IMG/VR virus record: IMGVR_UViG_3300031772_000007
Coordinates: 29,826-93,825 of that record
DNA from: a virus
Reading direction: 5' to 3' (one strand)
Length of the DNA: 64,000 bases
This document shows, in pieces, positions 1 through 9,486 of the stretch (its first letter is position 1; each line of letters starts with the position of its first letter). Below the pieces are notes generated by a model, which searched no databases, was not told the origin of the DNA, and worked only from the letters and a program-made list of their open reading frames with translations. Both the position numbers and the translations under genes were made by a program.

Positions 1-200
1 GGATTGACCTTCGCGGGAGCGGCGCCCGGTGCGCCTGGAGCTGCCGCCGGGGGGATGTGCGTCGCCGCTCCCGGAGGAGCCCCACCCGCGAGCTGCGGAG
101 CCGCCGGAGGGAAGCCCGGCTTCTTCAGCTTGGCGAGGGGAAGGTTCACCGGAGACTGCTTCTTCACCATCACGCCGAGCTTCCGCTTGTCGAGGTTCAT
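1..200 (-). CDS. Partial Pro/Ala-rich protein (MNLDKRKLGVMVKKK...), runs off the window; probably first gene of the head scaffold/capsid operon
   Basis: ATG at 200 with GGAGAA RBS; frame open to the window edge; TGTGGTATAGAAT -10-like element upstream. Confidence 0.6.
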   Translation of the reverse strand, partial: MNLDKRKLGVMVKKQSPVNLPLAKLKKPGFPPAAPQLAGGAPPGAATHIPPAAAPGAPGAAPAKVN

Positions 201-227
201 GGGTTCTCCAGAAGGGAATGGGGGATT

Positions 228-677
228 CTATACCACAGGAGGGGTTGGTAGGGGACCGCGAGCTTCGTAGAGGCGCTTGGCCTTCGCCAGCGCCTCCACC
301 TTCGGACGCTGATCCGGCGCGAGTCGCACCGTCTGCGAGTCGAGAGCCACGTCAGGGTTGAACGCCTTGAAGTCGTCCCCGTGTCCGATGCGAATGTGGC
401 ACTCGAACGCGCCCATGCAGAGCCCGATGAGGTTGCTCGGGTCCAGCTCTAGCGCCGGGAACAGGTGGAAGGGCTTGCGGTGGTGAACCTGGAGCCGTGT
501 CGATCCGCCGCATGCCGCGCAGGAGGGGTGCTCCTTGACGTAGGCGTGCTGCACCTCGTCCCAATGCGGACTGCGCGCCGTGCGCTTCCGGCGCTCGCGG
601 AGCAAGCTCTTGGCGACGCGGTAGGCGTGGCGTATCTTGTGGAACACCGACGGCTTCTTCTCTTCGGTCACTGCCAT
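228..677 (-). CDS. HNH endonuclease (packaging-associated type)
   Basis: CAAC...QVHH...NLIGLC...CHIRIGH; ATG at 677 with GGAGGAGG RBS. Confidence 0.85.
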   Translation of the reverse strand: MAVTEEKKPSVFHKIRHAYRVAKSLLRERRKRTARSPHWDEVQHAYVKEHPSCAACGGSTRLQVHHRKPFHLFPALELDPSNLIGLCMGAFECHIRIGHGDDFKAFNPDVALDSQTVRLAPDQRPKVEALAKAKRLYEARGPLPTPPVV

Positions 678-1660
678 ATCCTCCTCCCAGCTTCGTAGCG
701 CCATCCCGGCACGCCCCACGACTTCATCCACGGCGAGAGCGTGCTCCGGTCGTTCGGTCGGTTCGGCGGGAAGTCCCAGCTCCGCCCGACCAGCTTGTGG
801 TACACCGCCGTCTTGCCATCCTCCCCAGGGAACGGTGCGTGCGCGGGCATCGTGAAGTAGCCGCCCGCCGGAGCAACCTGAAGGTGCATGGCGATGGAGT
901 CGGTGCCCACCCGGTCGTCCAAGGGCATCCCATTCGGCAGGCAGTGCTCCACCCACTGCATCATCATCTCCGGCACCTCGTCCGCGATCTCCAGAATCCC
1001 GTTCCGGTGCGCGAGGTTGTACGCAAAATTCATCTCCGTGCGGACGATGCGCTCGCCCTGCCACCACTCCCCGCTGATGGTGTCGGCCACGTCGTCGATG
1101 ACCTCGCCCGTCGGCGTTCCCGCGAGCAGCGATACCGAGAGCTTCTGCTCCACGTCCCCGACGACGCGCGCCCCGTACCGCAACCACACCTTCCTCCGCG
1201 GCTGCGCCGTGGCGTCCTCGACGTTCGCGTACTCGCGCAGCAGGCTTCGCTTCCCCTTCTCGACAACACCCTGGAAGGTCGCCGCTTCCTCGATGGGCAG
1301 TGGTATCTCCGCCCCGGTGAAGTGGGTGTGCAGCCGCTGCACTTGATTGATGAGTCCCTTCAGCGCAGCCTCCTGCGCCTTGTGCGAGAGCGGTCCCATC
1401 TGTCCCGCCAGCGCCTGCGCCGCCGCCATCTGCCCGTGCCGCACCTGCGCCAGCACGATGCGCTGTTGATGCGCCGTGAAGGTGTCACCCTTCTGCGCCT
1501 TCAGCAGATGACTCAGCCGCCGGTTCACCTCGGCGTTCGCTTGGTCGTAGATGCGCTTGAGCCGCGCCGCGGAGGGTTTCGTCAGCACCTTCTCCAGCCG
1601 GTTGCGGTGCTCCGCGACCGCCTTCAGGAACTCCACCGGCACCTTGGGATGGCTCGCCAC
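668..1660 (-). CDS. Head morphogenesis/minor capsid protein (SPP1 gp7/Mu gpF-like)
   Basis: ERIVRTEMNFAYN, DDRV, PPNRPNDRS motifs; downstream of portal. Confidence 0.8.
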   Translation of the reverse strand: MASHPKVPVEFLKAVAEHRNRLEKVLTKPSAARLKRIYDQANAEVNRRLSHLLKAQKGDTFTAHQQRIVLAQVRHGQMAAAQALAGQMGPLSHKAQEAALKGLINQVQRLHTHFTGAEIPLPIEEAATFQGVVEKGKRSLLREYANVEDATAQPRRKVWLRYGARVVGDVEQKLSVSLLAGTPTGEVIDDVADTISGEWWQGERIVRTEMNFAYNLAHRNGILEIADEVPEMMMQWVEHCLPNGMPLDDRVGTDSIAMHLQVAPAGGYFTMPAHAPFPGEDGKTAVYHKLVGRSWDFPPNRPNDRSTLSPWMKSWGVPGWRYEAGRRIWQ

Positions 1661-1664
1661 GGGC

Positions 1665-1826
1665 TCACTTTGGAGGGGGTGGGACCTGCTTGCCCGCTGC
1701 CCGCGCCTTGGAGAGCTTGATGGCTGTCTCCTGCGCCTCCGCCTTCACGTTGGACTCATGGACGCCGAGCCGCTTGCTGCCGTCGGCGCTGTAGAGGACG
1801 AACTTGCCCTTCTGCTTGCGGATCAC
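1665..1826 (-). CDS. Small basic hypothetical protein (MIRKQKGKFVLYSADGSKRLGVH...)
   Basis: GTG start overlapping upstream stop; RBS. Confidence 0.6.
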   Translation of the reverse strand: MIRKQKGKFVLYSADGSKRLGVHESNVKAEAQETAIKLSKARAAGKQVPPPPK

Positions 1827-2041
1827 GTCGGCTTCTCCTTCCCGCTTGCCCCATTCGGAGGGGGTCCAAAGGTCGCACCATACTCCTTCATCGCAACCGT
1901 GAGGAAGTCCCTCGCGTCCGTCAACGCCTTCCTCGCCGATTTCGGCGTCTCGCCCGCCTCCACCCAACAGTTGAGCAAAGCGGAAGGAATCTCCGCCTCC
2001 CCGTGGTGCAGGTAGAGGTTCAACGTCAGCCTGATCCGCAC
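1823..2041 (-). CDS. Hypothetical protein
   Basis: Tightly packed ORF in the operon. Confidence 0.55.
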   Translation of the reverse strand: MRIRLTLNLYLHHGEAEIPSALLNCWVEAGETPKSARKALTDARDFLTVAMKEYGATFGPPPNGASGKEKPT

Positions 2042-2044
2042 TGG

Positions 2045-2479
2045 TCAGTTCACCGTGCCGGGAACCGCTGCCTGAATGGTGTCCTTGATGTTGCGCTCGA
2101 TCTCCACAAAGCACCTGTCGCTGTGCGGGCTTCGCGCCACAGTGACCTCTGCTTCCTTCTTGCAGAGCTTGCAGAAGCAGTTGTCCGAGATGCAGACCAT
2201 CTCTCGCACGCTCCCGCCGAACTTCATCTTGGCGCTCGGAACGTAGGGTCCGTTCGGGTTCGTGCCCTTGATGAGCGCGATGATGTCCGGGCACTCCTGC
2301 TCCAGCTCATCGAGCCGCCGCCACACCTTGATGCGAATCTCCGGCGGTCCCTTGCAGATGGTGCAGCGCTTCCCGAGCGCGAGAGCCGCGTGGACCTCAC
2401 TCGGCTTGAACTCGCCGTTCATGAACTTCTTGAGGTGGATGACCTCTCCCCCCTGCTTCAACCTGCCACGCTTCGACAT
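2045..2479 (-). CDS. Hypothetical Zn-binding protein
   Basis: CTIC and CKLC pairs; GGAGGAGGG RBS. Confidence 0.65.
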   Translation of the reverse strand: MSKRGRLKQGGEVIHLKKFMNGEFKPSEVHAALALGKRCTICKGPPEIRIKVWRRLDELEQECPDIIALIKGTNPNGPYVPSAKMKFGGSVREMVCISDNCFCKLCKKEAEVTVARSPHSDRCFVEIERNIKDTIQAAVPGTVN

Positions 2480-2532
2480 CGTTCCCCTCCTCCGGTTGCC
2501 CGCAGCCTAACCACTCTGCGCTCCAACTCTAG

Positions 2533-4236
2533 CTACCCCACTCCACCGAAGCCTGCGTCCGCCGTGTTGTGGACGTAGCCCCCCAGCGCCATCGACTCCA
2601 ATTCCGCCTGCTTCTTCGTCGTCTCCTGCTGAACCTTGAGGAGCATCGCCTGCACGTCCTCGACCTTGAAATAGGGTGCAACGAACTTCGCCCCACTCTC
2701 TTGGTCGATGAGCCCACCCGCGGTAGCACCTGCGGCAGCCTGGGCAGCCTGGAGGGAATCCTGAAGGGTCGGCTCGAAGTACGGGGGCCACTTCAACCGA
2801 ATGGTCCCGCCCGTACCCGGCTTCCTATCGACATGCTGGTAGGTGCCGTCCGGGTTCTTGACGTGCCGTGGAGGCAGAGTCAGCGTGCCGCGCAACATCC
2901 CCGGCTGTCCAGGCTCCGTCGCCTGCGGGTTCGGCTGCGCCTGCGTCATCTTCTGAACCACGTCGAACATCATCCCGAGGAGCTTCTTGACCCCGTTCTC
3001 CCCGTACTGCTCGCGGAGCATGTCGCTCTTCGACATCATCGAGCTGTAGGCACGCAGAATCTCCGTCGCCGTCTTCAGCGCGTCGCCCGTGTGCTCCAGA
3101 ACGCACTGTGCGCTCTCCAGCGCGTAGCGGCGCATCACCTCGATGAACTCCACCGCCGACTTCGGCGCGGACGCGCTCATTTCGAGGAAGGACGCGCTCC
3201 CCGTTTCGGTGAGCTTGATGCACTCCTCGTTGCCCTTGTGGACCTCGGAGAGATCGCTCTTGTCGGAAATGACCAACGTAGCCGAGCAATTGTGCAGCAG
3301 GGTCTTGTTCGCCTGCGCCAGCAGCGCGTCGATGGCCTTCACCGTGTCGTAGATGCCGTCGCAGTCCGAGCGCCCGTCGATGTCGTCCTGCACCGGGAGA
3401 TTCTGAATCCACACCACCGGGCAGAAGCCGAAGCCGTGGACGACTTCCTTCCTCTCCACCTCGTCCCAGTTGGGCTCCTCGCCCTTCCCGACAGGGCACG
3501 GTGCGAACAGGACATCCTTCTCCTGATCGATGATGCGCCTGTACCAGTACGACTCCTCCTTGATGACGCCCGTGATCTGGTCCATCACCTCCATCGGGTA
3601 CTGGTACCGCTTCTCGATGGACTCCAGGATGAGAGCGTGCCGGTCGATGAACTTCGGCGTCGTCCACAGCGGATCGTGAACCTCGATGACCGGCTTGCCG
3701 CCGAGGAACTGGAACCCAATGCAGGCGCTCCCGGTCGCCCCGCCGTACTGCCGCGCCAGAATCATCGCAGGCCAGAGCCGCGCCACGTCCGCTACGCAGT
3801 TGATGAAGTCCTCGGTGTCCGGGTCGCCGTCCACCTGAATCTGCGGCGACTGGCGCTCGCTGAACAACATCCCCGTGAAGCGGTCCACGATGACTTTGAC
3901 CAGCGGGTAGGGAGCCGTCGGCTTGCGGAACTTCAACGGGACGTTCTGCTTGCTGGCGTCGTAGAAGCCCGGCGGGATGATGCCGGAGGTGGCGATGTTC
4001 TCCGTCGCAATCGGATCCGCTTCCTCCTGCGCGTTCCAGTCCAGCTTCCGAGTAGCGTAGGCTTCGCAGTTGTACCAAGCCCACAGTCGGTTAAGGCGCT
4101 GCTGACGCGGGCTTATCCCCAGGCGCTTGACCTTATTCGTCGCTTGGTCAGGTCGGTCGCCCGAGCCCAGCTTCCCGACAACGCTTCCCAGCACCCGGCT
4201 GACGATGCTCGGGTTGGACGCCATGCCGCTTCCCAT
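2533..4236 (-). CDS. Portal protein (SPP1-like)
   Basis: 567 aa; HGFGFCPVVWIQN and GRSD motifs; position upstream of minor head gene. Confidence 0.85.
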   Translation of the reverse strand: MGSGMASNPSIVSRVLGSVVGKLGSGDRPDQATNKVKRLGISPRQQRLNRLWAWYNCEAYATRKLDWNAQEEADPIATENIATSGIIPPGFYDASKQNVPLKFRKPTAPYPLVKVIVDRFTGMLFSERQSPQIQVDGDPDTEDFINCVADVARLWPAMILARQYGGATGSACIGFQFLGGKPVIEVHDPLWTTPKFIDRHALILESIEKRYQYPMEVMDQITGVIKEESYWYRRIIDQEKDVLFAPCPVGKGEEPNWDEVERKEVVHGFGFCPVVWIQNLPVQDDIDGRSDCDGIYDTVKAIDALLAQANKTLLHNCSATLVISDKSDLSEVHKGNEECIKLTETGSASFLEMSASAPKSAVEFIEVMRRYALESAQCVLEHTGDALKTATEILRAYSSMMSKSDMLREQYGENGVKKLLGMMFDVVQKMTQAQPNPQATEPGQPGMLRGTLTLPPRHVKNPDGTYQHVDRKPGTGGTIRLKWPPYFEPTLQDSLQAAQAAAGATAGGLIDQESGAKFVAPYFKVEDVQAMLLKVQQETTKKQAELESMALGGYVHNTADAGFGGVG

Positions 4237-4260
4237 CCGAAGCTCCTTGGTTGAGGCGGC

Positions 4261-4290
4261 AGACTACACCGCTGGAGGCGGCTGCGTGAA
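4261..4290 (-). promoter_or_regulatory. Sigma70-like promoter upstream of portal
   Basis: TTCACG-18 bp-TAGTCT. Confidence 0.35.
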
Positions 4291-4845
4291 GTCCTTGGGC
4301 TCGGGGCGGTCGAAGTTGTACCGGAGCCCGCGCTTCTTCATCTTCACGTACTTCGCCTTCAGCATATCCCGCGCCACCGGCCCGAGACGGTCGCTGATGA
4401 GCTTCCCATCCAGGTGGTCGATCTCGTGTTGGAGCGCGAGCGCCAGCAGCCCGTCGCCCTCGACCTCGATGGGGTTGCCGTTTTCGTCCAGCGCCTTCAC
4501 CTTTACCCACTTCGCGCGCCCGACGACCTTCACCGCGGTTCCGGGGAAGGACAGACAGCCCTCACCGCCGGTCTGCTCTCCCTGCCGCTCGACGATCTCC
4601 GGGTTGACGAGCTTGATGACGGTCTTCTCGCCCTCCTTGCCGATGTCCTTCTGCTCCGCCAGCAGCACCACCAGTGGAAGAGGGTAGCCGAGCTGTGGAG
4701 CCGCGAGTCCCGCTCCCTTCGCCGCGAGCATCGCCTCCTCCATGTCGGCGAGGAGCCGCTTCACGTCCTCGGTGATCGCGATCTTCGTCGGTGGCACCGG
4801 ACGCGAGAGAATCGGGTCCGGCCAGATGATGATCTGTCGCTTCAT
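4264..4845 (-). CDS. def: Peptide deformylase
   Basis: All three PDF motifs: GAGLAAPQ, EGCLS, QHEIDHLDG. Confidence 0.95.
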   Translation of the reverse strand: MKRQIIIWPDPILSRPVPPTKIAITEDVKRLLADMEEAMLAAKGAGLAAPQLGYPLPLVVLLAEQKDIGKEGEKTVIKLVNPEIVERQGEQTGGEGCLSFPGTAVKVVGRAKWVKVKALDENGNPIEVEGDGLLALALQHEIDHLDGKLISDRLGPVARDMLKAKYVKMKKRGLRYNFDRPEPKDFTQPPPAV

Positions 4846-4867
4846 GGTGCTCTCCCCCTGCCTTTGC

Positions 4868-5368
4868 CTACTGCGTGTACGGCAGACCGGCCTTGTACGC
4901 CGTCTCCGCCTTGTCGAAGCCCCTCGCGGGCCAACTACCGTGGTCGGCATCCTCGTCACCGAGAACCAGCGCGCCGATGATGTGCTCCGGCTCGTGAACG
5001 AGGTTATGCAGCGCCGGGTCCACCCAGATGGTGCGGGTCGGAGCCCACGCACAGCCGGTCATCATCGTTCCGGTCCCAGCCACCGGGTCGGAGAAGGGTG
5101 AGGTCGGCATCACGATGACCGTCAACCCACGCAGAGCGCCGTCCACCTGCGCTTGTGTGCAGGAGGGGAGCGCGTGCAGCGCGTCCACTGCCGCATCCGC
5201 TGCCCGGAGAAGTTGGAACGGATTGCCCCCGCGGTACTTCCAGCCCAGGGTGTTGCCGAGCGGAATCGGCTCCGGCAGCGCCGGTCCCGGCTTGGTCTTG
5301 ACGTAGGCGTCCCAGATGGCCCAGGCGATGAGCCCCGCGATAGGAAGTGAGAGGAGGATGGCGAGCAT
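4868..5368 (-). CDS. Membrane-anchored protein with HExxH motif (putative metallopeptidase)
   Basis: N-terminal TM helix; LVHEPEH plus downstream H. Confidence 0.55.
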   Translation of the reverse strand: MLAILLSLPIAGLIAWAIWDAYVKTKPGPALPEPIPLGNTLGWKYRGGNPFQLLRAADAAVDALHALPSCTQAQVDGALRGLTVIVMPTSPFSDPVAGTGTMMTGCAWAPTRTIWVDPALHNLVHEPEHIIGALVLGDEDADHGSWPARGFDKAETAYKAGLPYTQ

Positions 5369-5769
5369 CAGACCTTCTCCCCGGCTGCGCGCCGCGCGTC
5401 CTTCTCGAAGATGTTGCCGCGATAGATGCCCTGCCCCAGCGCCCACGACACCAGCGAGGCAACGCCGTAGCAGATGAACCGGACAGGACCGAGCCACCAG
5501 CCCTGCCGGACGTGTCGCAGCTCGTGGACGACGAGTTGGCGCACCTGGATGTAGGTGCGCTCCTTGAGGAAGATGAACCCACCGCAGGTGATGCCCGCGA
5601 ACTGGAAGCGGTCGAACCACCAGTTGAGCAGCCCACCCTTGTTCGAGGAGTAGAAGGCGATGCCGTCATTCCAGCAGATGAAGCTCGGCTTGCCGAGCAG
5701 GAGAATCAACGCCCCGAACAGGCTCTCCGGCAGGGTCCACAGCAGGTAGAGCGGCCACCACCACTTCAC
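5368..5769 (-). CDS. Membrane HExxH protein (DUF4157-like zincin)
   Basis: VHELRHVRQ...NIFEKDA; hydrophobic segments. Confidence 0.65.
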   Translation of the reverse strand: MKWWWPLYLLWTLPESLFGALILLLGKPSFICWNDGIAFYSSNKGGLLNWWFDRFQFAGITCGGFIFLKERTYIQVRQLVVHELRHVRQGWWLGPVRFICYGVASLVSWALGQGIYRGNIFEKDARRAAGEKV

Positions 5770-6242
5770 GGCGTCACCTGGCCTTCGAGCGGGTTGCAGT
5801 CCGCGTCGGTGACCTGCGCTTCGTGAATGCGCCGCTCGTGCTCCGCCCGGCGCTGCGCGGAGTCCACTTCCTCCTTGGCCCGCTTCGCCATCTCCTCGTC
5901 GAGCTTCGCCATGATGGCGTCGGCATACTCGATGGAGAGGTCGGCCACCTGCCGCGCCTCCATGCGCTTGCCCACCGCGCCCTCGCCAATCCAGGCGGCT
6001 GCGACGCGCGAGATGAGGTCGTGCCGGAACCGGGTGCGCGAGTCCTCGACCTTCCACTTGTCGCGCTCCCGACGCTCCGCGTCCCACTTGAGCTGCATCC
6101 GGGCTTCGACCTTCTCCGCGGCGTCCTTCATCTGCCGGGAGACGTGCTCGACGAGCTGCCCAGGCAGGGCCAGCGCGGAGCCTGCGTCCACCGGCTGCGC
6201 TCCCTGCTCCAGCACCGCCTCGGTCGCCTTCTTCTTCGACAT
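5766..6242 (-). CDS. Hypothetical coiled-coil protein
   Basis: GGAGG RBS; helical charged sequence. Confidence 0.6.
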   Translation of the reverse strand: MSKKKATEAVLEQGAQPVDAGSALALPGQLVEHVSRQMKDAAEKVEARMQLKWDAERRERDKWKVEDSRTRFRHDLISRVAAAWIGEGAVGKRMEARQVADLSIEYADAIMAKLDEEMAKRAKEEVDSAQRRAEHERRIHEAQVTDADCNPLEGQVTP

Positions 6243-6269
6243 GCGTTCCTCCCCTGCGAAGCCGCAGTT

Positions 6270-6491
6270 CTACGCCCGGCGAGGCTTGGTGTCGAGCGCG
6301 GCTCGCGCGGCGCAGGCAGCGTCAAGGGCTGCCTCGTCCTTGACGCTGGTGTAGAAGTACCGCTGGTCGTACCGCCAGCAAGCCATCGCCGCCCGCACGA
6401 TAGCCTTGTCCGCGCGCCGGACGGCGTAGGCTCGCTCGGCGTGCAGCGCACAAGGACGGTTCGGTTCGCAGCAGCACGAGCGGGCTTTCAC
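6270..6491 (-). CDS. Hypothetical protein
   Basis: GTG start coupled to upstream stop. Confidence 0.45.
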   Translation of the reverse strand: MKARSCCCEPNRPCALHAERAYAVRRADKAIVRAAMACWRYDQRYFYTSVKDEAALDAACAARAALDTKPRRA

Positions 6492-6691
6492 GGCCCCTCC
6501 TTCCGAACGTACTTCGCCACGCGGTACTTCCAGATGCTCGCCGTCACGCGGCGCATCTCGTGCGCGAGGAACTGCGCCTTCGCCTTCTTCACCGACGCCT
6601 GGCGAGAGCAGGGGTTCCACTCTCGCAGCTCGGGCTCCTGCGCGCTCGGCATCTTGGCCTCGACAACGTACAGCACCGGGTTCTTCTTCAT
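6488..6691 (-). CDS. Hypothetical protein, paralog of 7250-7465
   Basis: LYxVE...RVxKYVR. Confidence 0.6.
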   Translation of the reverse strand: MKKNPVLYVVEAKMPSAQEPELREWNPCSRQASVKKAKAQFLAHEMRRVTASIWKYRVAKYVRKEGP

Positions 6692-6701
6692 GGCGTTCTC
6701 C

Positions 6702-7250
6702 TCAGTCCAGCGGCGTCGTCAACGGCCCGCCGTTCTCCATCTCGGCTTGGTGCATCCCCTTGCACCGCCGCACGCCTTCCTTGAAGTCCTCATTGTAGAG
6801 CGGCAGCTTGAGCAAGCACTCGCAGGTTCGGATGCACTTGGCGTAGGTCTTCCGTTGGATGGACGCCACCTCCGCCCGCGCCTCGTTGAACTGCCGCGCC
6901 AAGTCCTTCGCGCTCGCGTGCTGAAGCGCAGCGTCGGCACGAGCCTTGGCAAGCTCCCTTCCAAGCCAGCTCCACGGCGGACAGTTGACCTCCTCGCTCC
7001 AGCCTATCGCCAGCGCCTCCTGCTCGACACAGGTGTTGACGGTGGCGTAGGACTCCTGCGCCTTGGCAAGCCGCTCCCCCAAGCTCGCGCACTTCGCACC
7101 CAGCTCGCGGTAGCCGTCGAGCCGGTTGTTGGGCTGCTGCATCAGGAGGTCGCGCTCCCGTTCCGCCTCCGCCAGCTTCTTCCGCAGCCCCTCCGTCTCA
7201 ACCCCGACGGCCGAAGGCGGCGCTCGGTGAACCATGCCGGTGCCTTCCAT
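6702..7250 (-). CDS. Hypothetical coiled-coil protein
   Basis: Coupled ORF; heptad-like pattern. Confidence 0.55.
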   Translation of the reverse strand: MEGTGMVHRAPPSAVGVETEGLRKKLAEAERERDLLMQQPNNRLDGYRELGAKCASLGERLAKAQESYATVNTCVEQEALAIGWSEEVNCPPWSWLGRELAKARADAALQHASAKDLARQFNEARAEVASIQRKTYAKCIRTCECLLKLPLYNEDFKEGVRRCKGMHQAEMENGGPLTTPLD

Positions 7251-7465
7251 CACTTGCCCTCCCGAACGTAGCGAACCACGCGAGCTTGGACGTACTGGTC
7301 CCCGTCGTCCCGGCGAAGCTGCGCCGCCCACTCCCGCGCCTCTCGCAACGAGTAGCACGCCAAGTCCGTTTCGTCGTAGTGGGTGCTCCAATGGTGATAC
7401 TGCATCCCGCGCGCATCCGGCCTTCGCGTCTCGACCATGTAAAGATACTGCCGAGTCATCGCCAC
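7250..7465 (-). CDS. Hypothetical protein, paralog of 6488-6691
   Basis: LYxVE...RVxRYVR. Confidence 0.6.
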   Translation of the reverse strand: MAMTRQYLYMVETRRPDARGMQYHHWSTHYDETDLACYSLREAREWAAQLRRDDGDQYVQARVVRYVREGK

Positions 7466-7686
7466 TCCTCCAAAATCGACAGCGCGCCCATCAGCTCTTG
7501 CTCAGCCTCGAACTCCCACTTCGGCGGGTTCGTCCGCGCGAGGTCTTTGCCGATGAAGCTGCGCGCCTTCGCCACGCGCTCCCGCACCGTTCGCAGCGCC
7601 TTCTCCGCCCTTCGCAGCCGCGCCTCGGTCTTCGCTTCGCGGGCGCAGATGGCCTCGATGTCTTTGTTGTGCCAGTCGCTGCTCAC
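7456..7686 (-). CDS. Hypothetical protein
   Basis: GTGA overlap; GGAGGAAG RBS. Confidence 0.55.
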   Translation of the reverse strand: MSSDWHNKDIEAICAREAKTEARLRRAEKALRTVRERVAKARSFIGKDLARTNPPKWEFEAEQELMGALSILEEWR

Positions 7687-7904
7687 GGCTTCCTCCTGTG
7701 CTGCTCCCGAATTGCCCGAGCCCGAAGCTGCGCCGCCTCGCGGTCCATGTGCCCATCGTCTCCGTCGGTCTGCATCCAGTCCCCGCGCCCGTTGTAGATG
7801 TCGCAGACCCAATTCCCGTGCTTGCCGCCGTACTCCCTCTCCAAGCGGTCGGACGGGCGCACCCGGACCTCCAGCTTGATTGGCCTGCCGCGCGAGTCGT
7901 TCAT
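7683..7904 (-). CDS. Hypothetical protein
   Basis: ATG at 7904; GGAGGAGG RBS. Confidence 0.55.
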   Translation of the reverse strand: MNDSRGRPIKLEVRVRPSDRLEREYGGKHGNWVCDIYNGRGDWMQTDGDDGHMDREAAQLRARAIREQHRRKP

Positions 7905-7906
7905 CG

Positions 7907-8158
7907 TCAGTCCTCCTCCACCTCTACCTCGGGTCCTGCCGCCTCCAGAATCAGCTCTCCCGCGGCGAACAAGTCCTTGATGGCCTCGCGGAACGCCGTC
8001 AGGTCCAAGTCCGCCTTCGCCTTCTTCACCCGCTGCCCGACCTCCGCTCCCATCACCACCGCCTCGAAGAAGTTGCGGAGCTGCGGGTCCTTCACCGTCT
8101 TGAGCTTGGCCTTGGCCCGCTCCAGCTCCTCCAGCGTCAACGGCCCTTCGTCTGCCAT
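7907..8158 (-). CDS. Hypothetical acidic protein
   Basis: RBS; packed ORF. Confidence 0.55.
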   Translation of the reverse strand: MADEGPLTLEELERAKAKLKTVKDPQLRNFFEAVVMGAEVGQRVKKAKADLDLTAFREAIKDLFAAGELILEAAGPEVEVEED

Positions 8159-8565
8159 GCCTTCCTCCACCGCCGGTACTCCGCTTCCGCCGCCCGCCTC
8201 GCTCGGGATGCGCTGCTACGGCTCCCGCGGTACTCGCCCCCCACTGCGTCGATGAGGGTCCACTCCCACTTCCGGGTGTTGATCTGCTCAACCCAGGCGT
8301 GACAGAGCCCGAGTCGAACCTCATAGCCAAAGGGCTTCCACCTTGGCGCACTCACCGCTTTTCCGCCTTCCGCTTCGACGCTTCTTGGAGAATCAAACCC
8401 TCTATCTATCCACTCTAGGGCTTGTTGCGCTCCTCCGCAGCGCAAGGCGATGGTGTAGTTCTTCCCCGCGGCAGCGTCGTCCTCCATTCGCTTCCACTCC
8501 CTGCGCGCCTTCGCTACAAGCTTGGCGCACTCGACGAAGTGCTCCTGCCGCTTGGTCCGTCTCAT
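8137..8565 (-). CDS. Hypothetical protein
   Basis: ATG at 8565; fills the operon gap. Confidence 0.45.
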   Translation of the reverse strand: MRRTKRQEHFVECAKLVAKARREWKRMEDDAAAGKNYTIALRCGGAQQALEWIDRGFDSPRSVEAEGGKAVSAPRWKPFGYEVRLGLCHAWVEQINTRKWEWTLIDAVGGEYRGSRSSASRARRAAEAEYRRWRKAWQTKGR

Positions 8566-8567
8566 AA

Positions 8568-8867
8568 CTACCTTCCAACGTCTCCGAACCCACCAACCAC
8601 TCGCGCGTGCCCCCACCCGTCCCGCTCGGTGACGGTCCGTGCTTCTACTTTGCCCGGCAGGAGAGCTTTGTCCGCTTCCGCCAGCGCCTCCTCCATCACC
8701 CGCGCCGCGCGTTGGCAGAGGATGTGCTCCTTCCGATCCTCCTCGGCGATGTGCTTCTTCAGGCGGCACCGTTCGCAGACGAGCTTCCTGGCGTGGAGAG
8801 AGATGCGCCGGAGAGCCTGCTGAGTGCGATCCAGGTGCGCGCGTAGGAGATCGGCTTCCGGGTTCAC
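8568..8867 (-). CDS. Hypothetical protein (CxxC)
   Basis: Coupled ORF. Confidence 0.55.
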   Translation of the reverse strand: MNPEADLLRAHLDRTQQALRRISLHARKLVCERCRLKKHIAEEDRKEHILCQRAARVMEEALAEADKALLPGKVEARTVTERDGWGHARVVGGFGDVGR

Positions 8868-9424
8868 GACTTCCCCACCGCCTTCAGCAACCCGTCCGTC
8901 ACTTCCAACGCCTTCGTCACCGCCGCGTCGATGTCACTCGCGGACCAATCCCAGCAGCTCGGCTTGCCCAGCCTGGAGGGGTCGGCGGAGAGCCCGCACA
9001 TCGCGGCGAGGAGGTGGGAGGCGATGTCGGTGCGAAGCGCCTCCTTGCGCCGCTGGACAATCTGCTCGTCCGTCGGATGGCTCCCGTCACCCGGCCACTT
9101 CGGCTTCAACGGCTGCCGGTAGGCACCTGGCGGGAGCTTCGCTGCCTCCTCCGGCGTGATGAACTCGGGTGGCTCCCCGTAGATCGCCTGATGCCGTTCC
9201 TCTACCGCCTTCTGCTCCTCGACGGTCGGCGGGAGAACCACCGGCTTCAGTTTCGCGGGTGGCGGGACCGGCCTGGCAACCCGCTCCGGTACCGGAATCA
9301 TGGAAGAGGTCAGCAGCTCCTTCGCCGCTGCGAACTTCTCCTTGTGCATCTCCAGCGTGTTCGCTTCCGCCTTCTTCCGTGCCTCGTCGTCCTTCAACGC
9401 CTGCTCCAGCTCCATGTCGGTCAT
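8864..9424 (-). CDS. Hypothetical Pro-rich protein
   Basis: AAGGAG RBS; downstream of phage promoter motif. Confidence 0.65.
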   Translation of the reverse strand: MTDMELEQALKDDEARKKAEANTLEMHKEKFAAAKELLTSSMIPVPERVARPVPPPAKLKPVVLPPTVEEQKAVEERHQAIYGEPPEFITPEEAAKLPPGAYRQPLKPKWPGDGSHPTDEQIVQRRKEALRTDIASHLLAAMCGLSADPSRLGKPSCWDWSASDIDAAVTKALEVTDGLLKAVGKS

Positions 9425-9443
9425 GTCCCTCTCCTTGGAAAGC

Positions 9444-9473
9444 TACTTTGCCCGGGGCTTACCCGGTTGTCCC
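9444..9473 (-). promoter_or_regulatory. Putative phage-sigma promoter GGGAYAAYCG-N10-GGGCAAAGTA
   Basis: Same bipartite motif and spacing at 33543, 37841 and 53236. Confidence 0.65.
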
Positions 9474-9486
9474 CTTCGGTGTCCAA

